Source: the human T2T-CHM13v2.0 reference genome, Homo sapiens
Length of the DNA: 64,000 nucleotides
Reading direction: 5' to 3' (one strand)
Assembly (NCBI RefSeq): GCF_009914755.1
Contig: NC_060925.1
Both the position numbers and the translations under genes were made by a program. Shown here one piece after another: positions 39,685-54,985 of this stretch (position 1 is its first letter; every line of letters starts with the position of its first letter). Under the pieces are notes generated by a model that was not told where the DNA came from, did no database searches, and was given only the letters and a program-made list of their open reading frames with translations.

Positions 39685-40235
39685 GTATAGGTTTAGGCAG
39701 GCTACCTGGAAAGAAAGAAATAAAGAAGCAGAATGTACTGAGCCACCCCCTCCACCTTCCTTCTTTCCCTTTCACCCAGTGGCCAGGCATCTATCGGTGG
39801 GGGCCCCCTCATCTACCCCTTCCCCACTCCACAAAGAAATTTAGTTTAAGCTAGCTTGCAACATAGATAATTGTACCCTCTCTTATCAGCTAAGTGCAGC
39901 CACTAGAGCCGTAAGTCAAATGTTTGAAAAATCCTGAGAGTCATAATGCATCGTGTGCTGCAATAAAATGCAGCAGAAAGACCCTAAAGAATGTACTTGA
40001 AGAACAATCAATAGGTGATGTCTAGGAAGATTGTGGAAGGCTAGTACTCAGCCTATGAGGAACTGAGGGAGGGGCCTGTGCACTAGGGCGTAAATTGCTT
40101 GTTGAAACTGTGCTGGGTGTGCCTGCATGCCAGACACCCGATCTTGCAAGACCGTCATTAAAAGTCTCACTTTTGCTGTTCTCTGGGTCTCTGAGTTCAT
40201 TGTTTGGGTTTAGACGGGTGAATTTGTTTCTCACA
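39685..40235 (+). mobile_element. ERV1-type solo LTR (subfamily uncertain)
   Basis: attaaaagtctcactttt...gggtgaatttgtttctcaca 3' end; 5' boundary approximate. Confidence 0.6.
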
Positions 40236-40824
40236 AATTTGATTGGATTGAAGGATGAAAGTATTGATCCTGGGCGTATCTGTGAGGGTATCTCCTTGCC
40301 AAAGGAGATTAACATTTGAGTCAATGGGCTGGGGAAAGCAGACCCACCCTAAATCTGGTGGGCACAATATAATCCACTGCCCATGAATATAAAGCAGGCA
40401 GAAAAACATGAAAAGGCAAGACTGGCCTATCCTGCCAGCCTACGTCTTTCTCCTGTGCTGGATGCTTCCTGCCCTGGAACATCAGACTCCAAGTTCTTCA
40501 GTTTTGAGACTTGAACTGACTTTCCTGCTCCTTAAGCTTGCAGACAGCCTATTGCGGGACATTGTGATTGTGTAAGTTAATACTTAATAAACTCCTGGCT
40601 GGGTGTGGTGGTTCACACCTGTAATCCCAGCTCTCAGAGACGCAGAGGCGGGAGGATAGCTTGAGCCCAGGAGTTGGAGACCTGCCTGGGCAATATAGCA
40701 AGACCCTGTTTTCCACAAAAAGTAAGAAAAAAAAGACAAAAAAAAAGTAAGTGTAATACTTAATAAACTCCTTTGTATATCTATCCTATTAATTCTGTCT
40801 CTCTAGAGAACCCTGACTAATACA
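40236..40824 (+). mobile_element. MLT2A (ERVL) LTR, interrupted by a FLAM at 40596-40747
   Basis: gccaaaggagattaacatttgagtc...ctctagagaaccctgactaataca; FLAM TSD taatacttaataaactcct. Confidence 0.88.
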
Positions 40825-40848
40825 GAGTCAATTAAAATATGAGCCTCA

Positions 40849-41150
<302 letters not shown>

Positions 41151-41154
41151 GCCT

Positions 41155-42830
<1,676 letters not shown>

Positions 42831-43356
42831 ATGGCTAAGCCAACATATAGCATTCTTGCTGAATGCAGGGTGATCAGACATCACCTAGCAGATGGTGAAG
42901 GATGAGGAGCCCTATTAGATATTATGAGTGATCAGCTATTGAAGATGGGGAATTCTGGCTAAATTGACTGAGAAGGATTCTTGCTGAGATTGAACAATGC
43001 AGAGAGGAACACAGAAGCTCAATAGTTGAGGCCTAGTGAGAAGAGGACTCAGAAGAGCCTGATTAGTTTGGCCAAGGAGATGTCAACCTGAAATAAATGA
43101 AAGGTTCAGAATTCAGTGTTAAAATGTTTATTCATTCTGCTTGTGGGAACTAATGGTAAAAATTAAAAAAGAGTTTATTCAAACAAAAATCTGGGAATAG
43201 CCAATCAGGGCACACAGACTCCAGAGAAATGGGGTCAGTGCTGCAAAGTCAAAAGTGAAGTTCTTGCTTACATAGAAAGAAAAAAAATTAATAGGATCAC
43301 AACATTTTCTATATAAGGCTGCTTTAAGAGTTACAACAAATTAATTAGTTGCAGAA

Positions 43357-43675
43357 TTTTTTGTTTTTTTTTTTGTTATTGTTGTTGTTCTGAGATGGAG
43401 TCTCACTCTGTTGCTAAGGCTGGAGTGCAATGGCATGATCTTGGCTCACTGCAACCTCTGCCTCTTGGTTTCAAGTGATTCTCCTGTCTCAGCCTCCTGA
43501 ATATCTGGGATTACAGGTGCCCACCACCATGCCCAGGTAATTTTTTGTATTTTTACTAGAGATGGGATTTTACCATGTGAACCAGGCTGGTCTCAAACTC
43601 CTGACCTCAAGTGATCCACCCACCTCAGCCTCCCAAAGTGCTGGGATTACAGGCATGAGCCCCACTGTGCCCAAC
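43357..43675 (-). mobile_element. AluS
   Basis: Full antisense Alu. Confidence 0.95.
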
Positions 43676-43911
43676 CTTTTTCTCTTTCCATACTACTTGT
43701 TTTCTTTCTTTATAGCTGGCTCACATTTCCTTTCCAATTTAAAGGAGTGTATTTAACATTGCATCTTAAGACAATGCAATAGCCATGAAGTCTTTATGAG
43801 AGCAAGGTAAGAAGGAAGTTAATCTATAATGAAAGTCAGCAGTGCAGAGGGAAGCAATCTTACCTGGCACCCTTCAATAATTTATATAACATGTTAGAAA
43901 ACAATGCGTGT

Positions 43912-44642
<731 letters not shown>

Positions 44643-44847
44643 CATACTCACATTTTTTTAAGGCTCACAGTAATTTGGAATTCCAACAACTTACATTTTA
44701 AATTACTTATTTTCACAGAAAGAATCTTTGTCAGTTGTAACTCGCTTATTTCTCCAAAGACCATAGTCCTGTCCAGTGATCCTCCCCAAGACAATAGCTC
44801 TCTCTAGTAACTATAGTTTTCCTTTCCCATTTCAATTTCCACTCCAA

Positions 44848-45243
44848 TTGACTGAATTGTGAACACCAACTCCCACACTTAAATGTTGAAGCCCTAACCC
44901 CCAGTGTGATGGTTTATGCAGCTGGGGCCTTTGAGAGGTAATCAGGTTTAAAAGAGGTTATGAGAGTGGGGTCCTCATGCTGAGATTAATGCCATTATAA
45001 GAAGAGACACTAGAAAGCTTGCTCATCAGCCTTCCCTATGGTGCACAAAGAAATGGTCACATGGGCACACAGTGAAACTACAGCCACTTACAGGCCGTAG
45101 GAAGAGATCTTAGAAAGAAATCCGCTTTGCTAGCACCTTTATCTTGGACTTCCCAACTTCTAGAAGTGTGAGAAACACATTTCTATAGTTTAAGCCACTT
45201 GGTATATGGTATTTTGTTATGGCAACCTGAACAGACTTATACA
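44848..45243 (+). mobile_element. MaLR solo LTR (MLT1A/MST-like)
   Basis: tgttgaagccctaacccccagtgtgatgg...ggtattttgttatggcaacctgaacagacttataca. Confidence 0.85.
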
Positions 45244-45358
45244 ACAATTAAGTCCTAGAGGCAATACAACTTCTCTGCTGATTCCAGATTCTGAGCGCCT
45301 CTCAGTCCTTTGTTGGGTTATTTTGATCCTGTCCATATATTTATAAATATTCTCTTCA

Positions 45359-45903
<545 letters not shown>

Positions 45904-46177
45904 TCTGTCACCCAGGCTGAAGTGCAGTGTTGCAAGCTTGGGTCACTGCAACCTTCACCTCCCAGGCTCAAGTAATCCTCCCACCTCAGCCTCCTGAGTA
46001 GCTGGGCCACAGGTGCTCACTACCATGCCTGGCTAATTTTTGTTTTTGTTTTTTTTTTTTTGGTAGAAATGGGGTTTCACCATGTTTCCCAGGCTGGTCT
46101 CAAACTCTTGGACTCAGGCAATCTGTCAGCCTCCTGAAGGAGTGCTGGGATTACAGGCATAAGCCACCGTGCCCACC
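45904..46177 (-). mobile_element. AluJ-like
   Basis: cccaggctcaagtaatcctcccacctcagcc. Confidence 0.9.
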
Positions 46178-46229
46178 CCCCAAATTCTACTAATATATAT
46201 GCATAATTAAATAGTTACCAGCCATCATT

Positions 46230-46817
46230 TTCTGATACTTTGGCAATTGGTTGAAAGAGTTTATCTAAAGACCTGGAATCCATAGAAGGCAGTCTCTGTG
46301 TTAAGGGGTTGTTCTTATTATGCAGATGAAGCCTCCAGGTAGCAGGCTTCAGAGAGAATTGATTGTAAATGTTTCTTATCAGACTTAAAAAGGTGCCTAG
46401 ATTAGGGAAAAGACCTGGAAAGGGATTCCCTGTAGCATGTAGACTTTCCCCACAAGAGACAACTTTGTAGGGACATTTCAAAATATGATAACAAATATAT
46501 TTTAGGGTAAAATATTTGTATTTCTTTCAGGGCCTGCTATCTGTCATGTAATGCTACACTAGAGTCAGGCTGGAATTTGGTGTCTTATTGCTACAAAAAG
46601 TCTTAAGATCTCTGTTGTAATGCCAGTTGTGCCTGGTCGGATGTGCTGGTCAGTTGTGCCTGAATTCCAAAGGAAGGAGGGTATAATGAGGCATATCTGA
46701 CCCCTACTTCCCATCATGGTCTGAACCAGTTTTTCAGGTTAACTTTGGAATGACCCTGGCTGAGAGGAGGGGTGCATTCAAATAGTTGAGGGGCTTGGAA
46801 TTTTATTTGTGGTTTAC
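46230..46817 (-). mobile_element. MER4-family LTR
   Basis: Reverse complement begins tgtaaaccacaaataaaattccaagcccc. Confidence 0.8.
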
Positions 46818-47758
46818 ACTATAGAAAGTATTTTTCCAGTATTACCTGGACAATGTGTCTCCCTGTCAGTATCCAGGGGATGGCACCTGGATCAAGCATT
46901 TAGTGTTCAGTTGCTACACTCTCACCTAATCCCTCATTTTCAATATTTTGCCATGTTTTCCAGTGACCCAACTGGCCACCATGTCACAGACTTTATGGTC
47001 TCCAAGGGAGACCCCTCCATTTCATGTTTTGTGATTTGAGCAACAGACTGGAATCTACTTGAAATTTGCAAATGGTCTTTGACTTGGGCTTTCCAATTTT
47101 GCTCTACTTCACAGTGTTTTCTGGGTTATATACAAGGGAGATGATCCAGTCATTTGTTAAGCGCCTCAAATAAGACATGCCCTAGATGTTTTTTTGTTTG
47201 TTTGTTTGTTTGTTTTGGGATGGGACATGGAATTTACACCTAAAATAATCAGCGTCTGAAAGGACGTCCCCTCTCTGGATATGGAAAAGGAAGAACTGCA
47301 GGAGTTGTATGCAGCTGACTTGCAATCCCATGGGAAACAATGCTAGCTCACAGGAAGGCAAAAGCTGACTGTTGAAAAGAAACCAAGTCCTTGAAGACAT
47401 TGTTAGGCCCCAAACCAATCAACCCAGAAACCCATTTACCACTGAATCTAGAGTTAAATAAGCAAGAAAATCCCCTTTTATTTAATCCAGTCTGAGTTGG
47501 GTATTCTGTCATTAGCAAATGAAGGCATCCTGACATGTGGGAATGTCAAGACACACAAGCTCTTGTGCAGTTTTCCATGCATGGGGACAGTGCCCTGGCA
47601 TTCCAGAAATCCTGGCTTACTTATCACCACTCTCTAATCAACTGCAAATAACATTTTAAAACTAAGTGCAAAGAGAATGATCAGGAATATCATAAAATCT
47701 GCATTTATTTAAAAAAAAAAGGAGCTTACAGTGAAGTAGTCTCAAGCAATTGCTTTCT

Positions 47759-48603
47759 TTTTTTTTTCTTTTTTTTCTTTTATTATTATACTTTAAGTTT
47801 TAGGGTACATGTGCACATTGTGCAGGTTAGTTACATATGTATACATGTGCCATGCTGGTGCGTTGCACCCACTAACTCGTCATCTAGCATTAGGTATATC
47901 TCCCAATGCTATCCCTCCCCCCTCCCCCCACCCCACAACAGTCCCCAGAGTGTGATGTTCCCCTTCCTGTGTCCATGTGATCTCATTGTTCAATTCCCAC
48001 CTATGAGTGAGAATATGTGGTGTTTGGTTTTTTGTTCTTGCGATAGTTTACTGAGAATGATGATTTCCAATTTCATCCACGTCCCTACAAAGGACATGAA
48101 CTCATCATTTTTTATGGCTGCATAGTATTCCACGGGGTATATGTGCCACATTTTCTTAATCCAGTCTATCATTGTTGGACATTTGGGTTGGTTCCAAGTC
48201 TTTGCTATTGTGAATAGTGCCGCAATAAACATACGTGTGCATGTGTCTTTATAGCAGCATGATTTATAGTCCTTTGGGTATATACTTCTCAAAAGAAGAC
48301 ATTTATGCAGCCAAAAAACACATGAAAAAATGCTCATCATCACTGGCCATCAGAGAAATGCAAATCAAAACCACAATGAGATACCATCTCACACCGGTTG
48401 GAATGGCAATCATTAAAAAGTCAGGAAACAACAGGTTCTGGAGAGGATGTGGAGAAATAGGAACACTTTTACACTGTTGGTGGGACTGTAAACTAGTTCA
48501 ACCATTGTGGAAGTCAGTGTGGCGATTCCTCGGGGATCCAGAACTAGAAATACCATTTGAGCCAGCCATCCCATTACTGGGTATATACCCAAAGGACTAT
48601 AAA
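47759..48603 (-). mobile_element. Young 5'-truncated L1PA2-like element with 5' inversion (48284-48603 on the + strand)
   Basis: T-tail; 3'UTR with actaactcgtcatc (GAG type) and gtgcacattg; TSD aagcaa(t/c)tgctttct at 47744 and 48602. Confidence 0.93.
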
Positions 48604-51600
48604 GCAACTGCTTTCTAAGTGGGATGGCTGAAGCAAGAGACCTTAAATCACTTGACCGCCTTCACAAAACAGAACTGAAGCAGAACCAGAAGTCCCCTGA
48701 TAGCCTTTCAGGGACACCACCTACAAATACACCGTAATCCCTCATACTCCACACGCCACTTCAGGGAAAGGGACATGAGGCAGGAATACAAATATATACC
48801 ATCTGTGACACTTCCTAAGCTCCTGGCTTCAGAGTAGCCATCCTGATAATTATTTTTTAAAGTCCACATTATAAATGTGCAAGTTAAGTGAGTTATGGAA
48901 ATCATTCCAGATACTGGTTCACCAGTAACATCAGTTTAGCCCTAAATATTGTCATAAGTTCTCTGATAGGCTCATGTGATTTAAGCTGGTGCTCTGTCAA
49001 GACTAGACTTAGGCGTTTTATCCTTTTTATGACATTATGTATGTTGAAGAGAATATATGAATGCATTTTATATATATGAATATATATAAAACCTTCATTA
49101 TCACATTATTCTCAATCCAGCATTTTCTCAGCCCCTGATTTTCATGTTAGTTCAGCATTCTTACATCTTTACAGATTTTCATCTAAGACTACATTTCTAT
49201 TGTTTTATATAATCAGCCCCCCTAAGATCAACATGTCCACATTTTTTGGCAAAGACAAAGCCTACTGATTTCAGGGTCATTATTTTCCTTTTTCAAAAGC
49301 ACAAACCCAAACTGAGAAATAAATCAAGAGAAATTCTCCTTTTTTCTATGCTAATTTAGAAGTAGAGTCTTTATTTCTTTTCAAACCCAAAGAGAATCAG
49401 ACATACAATATGAATTTATCTACTTTCGCTTGCTCAGACTGAGAGGAAAGATTAATATTTTCAGGCTGTTAGTCAAAACTGTTCATTCAAATATTATTTA
49501 ATAAAATCCAAGAACCAGATAAAAAGTCGCTTAAGCTAAGAAACCTTCACCAGCCTCATGGGAAATTGTGTACAGTTTTCTACTAGAATAGCCTATAAAT
49601 GCTTACTGAAAATGTCTAAGTTCATATCTTGGTAACTAACATTTTAATTCAATCTGCAGAATAATATATGCTTCTTTAGTGCTAAGATATGAATATTAGA
49701 GGCATTCTTTCTTAAAATTTCTATTTAGTTATACTTTCACAAATAACTATATAATATTAAAATTCTGCATGTGGCATAAAACATATTTTAATGGAGAAGG
49801 TAATGTGTAGGGAGTTTATTTCTGTTTGCTATTAGAACTTGTGTTTATTCTTGGTTAAAAAAACTGCACTGATTACAACATAGAAAAAAACAAAAGTATG
49901 TTGTATATCTCTTACAGTAGAAGATAAAGAGTAGTTCTAAATTTAGAAAGGAAAAATAAATATACACAGTGAAAATATGTGTCAGTGAGATGTTAATCAA
50001 AGATCAACTATTGCTGAGACCAGCAATATTAAATCCCTGCACAATTACTCATAGTATAATGAGAATTTTAAAAAGAAAATATGAACACATAACATAATGA
50101 AGGCAGAAGTCACTCTCATCCTTCATCTTTGTATTCCCAATTCAGGAAGCTGGTATAGTATCTTCATTATAATTACTATTCAACAAACATTTGTAAAATG
50201 AATGAATAAGGAATGAATGATGAGAAAAATGATAAACATCTCCCTCTGTCTCCTGGGAGTTAACTGCACTACTTTCTTTTAAATTTAATTAATCCTCAAT
50301 GTCCTTGTAAAATAGCCAAAGGGAAAATGTATTTACATTACTCTAAATATTGATGCAATCTACAAAAAGGGTTAAACAACTTCCTCAAAGTAAATAAAAC
50401 GTTCACAATCCAGCTAGGATAAAAGGATTTAAATCATTTCCTAGGTAGAGGGCTTTCAATTAGAGCCCCTGCTGCATTAACCATGGGAACTCATCTCACT
50501 CTCTTCATGATGGAGCCCTGAGTGTTGCTGCTAATCTGTACTCTACCATTCTAATGCTTTTAAGGTTCCTTTTCAGCCCTTCCTCCTCGTAATCCACAAA
50601 TACTGAGACCAAGGCATTTTTTGGGTCAGTCCTAATTTCAAGCATTCTATCCTGCCCTCCCCAAATGAACTCACACTTATTAGACCATATGTTCCTATAT
50701 TAGTTCAGGAAGGGGGAAAAAATGTTCATCACACTTGTATATAAGAGATCATAGAAAAACAGTTTACTAACCTGTGAAAATACCATTCATTCTCTGTTTA
50801 CCTCTGGTCCACAGCTAAGCAATCAGTAGGATATAAATGTACCCTATGTTCACTATTCAGTATTCATAAGTATACTACTTATGAATTGGAAATATGACAC
50901 AACATTTACATGACCTAATTTTGAAAATTTAAAATAGTGTAAGGCCCCTAGGCTTAATTTTACAGGGGAAAGATTAAAGGGACACAAGCAAACATATATT
51001 CTCTCTCTGTGCTGTGGGACACTGGTAATTTTTTGACTTAAAATATTTGATACTTAAGATGCCAAACTTCTACATTTCTGCAGTAACAAGGCAGTTATCA
51101 TATTGAATACCATTTCTTTCTCTCCAGTAAGTAGAGTTAATATTAGCACATGAACTGAAAATATTAAGTGATTATAAAAAAGTCCAAATAAATTCATTAA
51201 AATTTAGCTTGGCAAAATGTTAGTTTCATGTTCTTGGTAGAAGTCCTTTTATATTTATATTCAAATGAAATGAACAATTTACAAGCAAAGGAAATGGCAT
51301 CAAATATTTGACACCCTGCCTCCCAAGGTGTATTGATTCATGCTTTTTGCTCAGATCTAGGTTTCTCCACTCAGGAAAAGAGGAGAATGTACCCATACTT
51401 GGGAAAACAAGTTTCCGATGGCACAGCTTTGATCAAACAGCAAAATTCTATCCATCTATGTATTGCCATCTGACAGTATGACAAATGGTCCCATGTGCGA
51501 TATTCACACTGCATTGCAGTCAAACCTGTAAGTCAAAGGATATGAAATAATAGTAACTACACATTAAGCACAGAAGAAAATGAAACAAACAAAAAGGTTT

Positions 51601-54600
51601 TAAACCAACCAAACATATGTCTTATTTTGGATGTTCTATATGTTCTTACATTCTCTCAGGTCTTTTGTGTCATTATGAACACAATTCTAACAAGCTTGAT
51701 TATTTTATTTCCATTCACATATTACAGGCAACAAGCTGAAAAAGTAGAACGGGGTGTAGAGAGACAGGACAAAGTACAGATAAGGGCTTGAAGTGCCCCT
51801 GACCAGTCGACAGCAACCACATGGAATAATGACTCATGTGCATTAATGATCACACTAAATGATATTTGTTTTTTACCTAGTCCTTCAACTGACAGCTTAA
51901 AGAACTTCAGGTTGTTCTGATTCTTGAGTCTCCTCTACAGCTTCAGAGAGGACTTTCATTTTATTTTGGATCAAATGCTCCACAACTAGTTGAAACTGGA
52001 ATTAAATTTTATATGAAGTTCCTAGATGATTTAAAGCTGTAAGAAGAAGAATAATGAATCATAAGAAAACTTGCTGCTACAGATATCAAAAAGGAATGTT
52101 ACCATCCCTCATGCTAATCCTTTTCATTTTAAATAAACAGGATCTAAAAAAAATAATGCTGGGAAGTCCTAACCACATCAAGAATGCCTCAGATCAGTGA
52201 CCCAAGGAACCTTCCAGAATGGATGAAATAGACCCAAAGCTGAATTCACCTAATTTTAGGGCCAAAAACCCAAAAAACAAAACAAGACCAAAAAAATCTT
52301 CAGATACTGGGAGAACAAATCTCAATTGCTCAATTGTATCTTATGAAAACAATTTTTCAAAATAAAACAAGAGATATTTAAGATTCATTAAGTTCTTGTC
52401 ATTTCAAATTTTAAGAAAAATATTTTCTAATGGAATTACATATATTTGTATGATTCTTCTAGTTATATCCATGGTAATAAATACTCTTTTCAGTTGGAAA
52501 TAAAACCCATTTGTGCTATATTATTAGGGAAAATATCTACATAAATTAGTTTTTAATTTAACTAAAGTCTATCTTTTGAATTCATAAGCATAAAATTTTA
52601 ACCACTTGCAAAATTTATAACACACTTAAGGTAGTCAGATGCCTTGTCAAGTAGTTTAACAAAAGTGATTTTCACCTGTTTGTTTTAATAACAGTGCATC
52701 GATTTTATGAAAATCAGGCATGCCCTCGGGTCCTAACAAAGTATACGAAGCTGAATGGATCTATGCCAAATATGCCAGATTTTACTTTCTGAGTCTGATT
52801 TTATACTTCTGTCCTCTTTCTTACCACATGGCTTCCAGTATCACTTACAGACTAACCCTTCAAAAGGAGAAGGCTAAGTTACTAACATTTGGAAGGCTTA
52901 TGAAAATGAAGCATAGTTATGAGCCAGCAATGTTTTTATTTATGGAATGTGTGCAAACCATACACTTAAGCAAGCTCTGGGGAATGAGAGTTGGGGGGAA
53001 TCAACTCTTTTATTTGCTAATTGGTATTTCCTTTAAAAGATAGAGTTCTTCCAGATTTTAACTGTGTTAATAGTTACTCTAGAAAAATTGGAGATTTGTG
53101 TGCATATATTTTATGTTGTAAACAGACACATACCCAGAGACACTGAGAGAGACAGACAGACAGTAAACAGAGGAGCACTAACCACAAACGGTTTACAAAT
53201 GACCTCTGTGCTCATTCACCTGTCTGTTCCCCACCTTGCCTTTTATAGCAACTATAGCAACAGCCATGAGAGTCATTGTGGAAAGAAATAAAATAAAATT
53301 TAAAAATCCTGGAAGCTTGTAAAGAATGTGAGCAAAGGGGAGGAAGTTGTGAAAAAAATGAATAAAGGGCACCGATCCAGAGTATTGAAGAAGGCAGAGT
53401 GGAGAGCCTAGTAATGAGTATCTGGTACCCCAGTATCCTCTCCCACAGAATCTGTACAGCTCTCCGTTTATGACAGTTTAAACTTAATTTAAATTATCAA
53501 ACAGACACTTTCCTCAAACATATAAATGATGAGGCAGTTCATTCAGGCTGTATGTATAAAGTTGTTCCAGCCACCTTTTTCTAACGGCTTCTCTATATCT
53601 TTTACATGGAGACAATGAGAGATTTGCTTAGGACAATTTGACTGTAATTTAGAAGTAGGAAATGGGAAGTATTTGTATCTTCTTTGCCTAACTCACATTA
53701 GTTACTCAAGTAAGCATTTCTTCCGTTATTGCATTTTCCTGATTACAAGTTTTATGTTTTCTCTAAAACACATATCAAAAGAAATGTCCTAAGCACTATG
53801 CAGGGGGAAGCCATGACATTTATCCACCACTGTCAGCAAAAACATGAACTTAGCCCTCAACAGAATATTTCACTTCATTCTAGTGTCACCTCTGCGTCAC
53901 CTGCACTGGAGTCACCACTTGCCTGTTGGGTAAGACCAGGATGCACCGCTGAAATAAAAAGGGGTCAGACAATACAAGAAAAGCCAGTAGAAATTGCCAA
54001 ATGTATCAGAATACACACAGGCTTTCTAAGGATATGGCCCAAGAGGAAGGCTCTAGAGCCCACCCTGAAACAGGATTTTTGACTTCACAGAGAAATTATT
54101 TAATTTTCAATAACACAATTCAATTAAAGAAAGGGAAATACAAGGCTAAACAAATAAGAAATGAAGACAAAAACCCAACCTTTCAAATCTAAAGAAAATA
54201 ATCTGTTTTAAAGACACAGATGAAGATCAGGAACCCAAAACAGAAGAAAGGAAAAGCAATTAACGCTGGCATCTGATAACAACGAAAAGTATGGAGTCTG
54301 GAGAATCGCTAGACTCTAAAAATTATAAAGGTTTAGACTTGGACTTTCTACACTGAAGAAAAGAAAACTGCATGCATTTATACTGACCAATGTACACTAT
54401 TGCTGCTTTTTAACTTTTGTGTATATGTAGGGTAGATTTTTTTTAAGTGAAAGCAAGCTTATTAAGAAAGTAAAAGAATAAAAAGGTGGCTTCTCCATAG
54501 GCAGAAAACTAGCGTAGTTTTTTTATTAGAAATTGTTATTCAATAATAGTACATGTTACAAATAAATACCATTTTAAACTGAAAAAATTGTAGACTTTCA

Positions 54601-54752
54601 AATCAGTTAGGGTGGTCACCCTAAAAAAGGGCATTTTTTTCCCCTTAGTCTCCTTGTTCATGTTGCTCACAACAAGAAATGGGCTCATGCTATGAATAAT
54701 AATAACAAACACTGCCTTCTGTCAGGCCCTGTGCTGAATACCATCTGCATAT

Positions 54753-54985
54753 GTATAGGAAAGGGTTAACTCAGCAGGTCTTGTTTGCCCAGACTCTGTA
54801 CATTTCCAAGAAAGGTCTGCCTTTAGGACTGGTCCTTGGCCAGCTCCTGGAGAATGAGCTCTCAGCTTTTAGAAAATTCTATCTGCTAAGAATAGTTTTG
54901 CATGTCTCAGGTCTTGGGCCACAAAATATCAGTTTAATCAGATGGTTTATGTTAACAAGTATGATTTATGGCAAACATAGATCTC
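54753..54985 (+). mobile_element. Old ERVL-type LTR fragment (MER68/MER77-like)
   Basis: aggaaagggttaactcagcagg...ggccagctcctggagaatgagctct. Confidence 0.5.
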
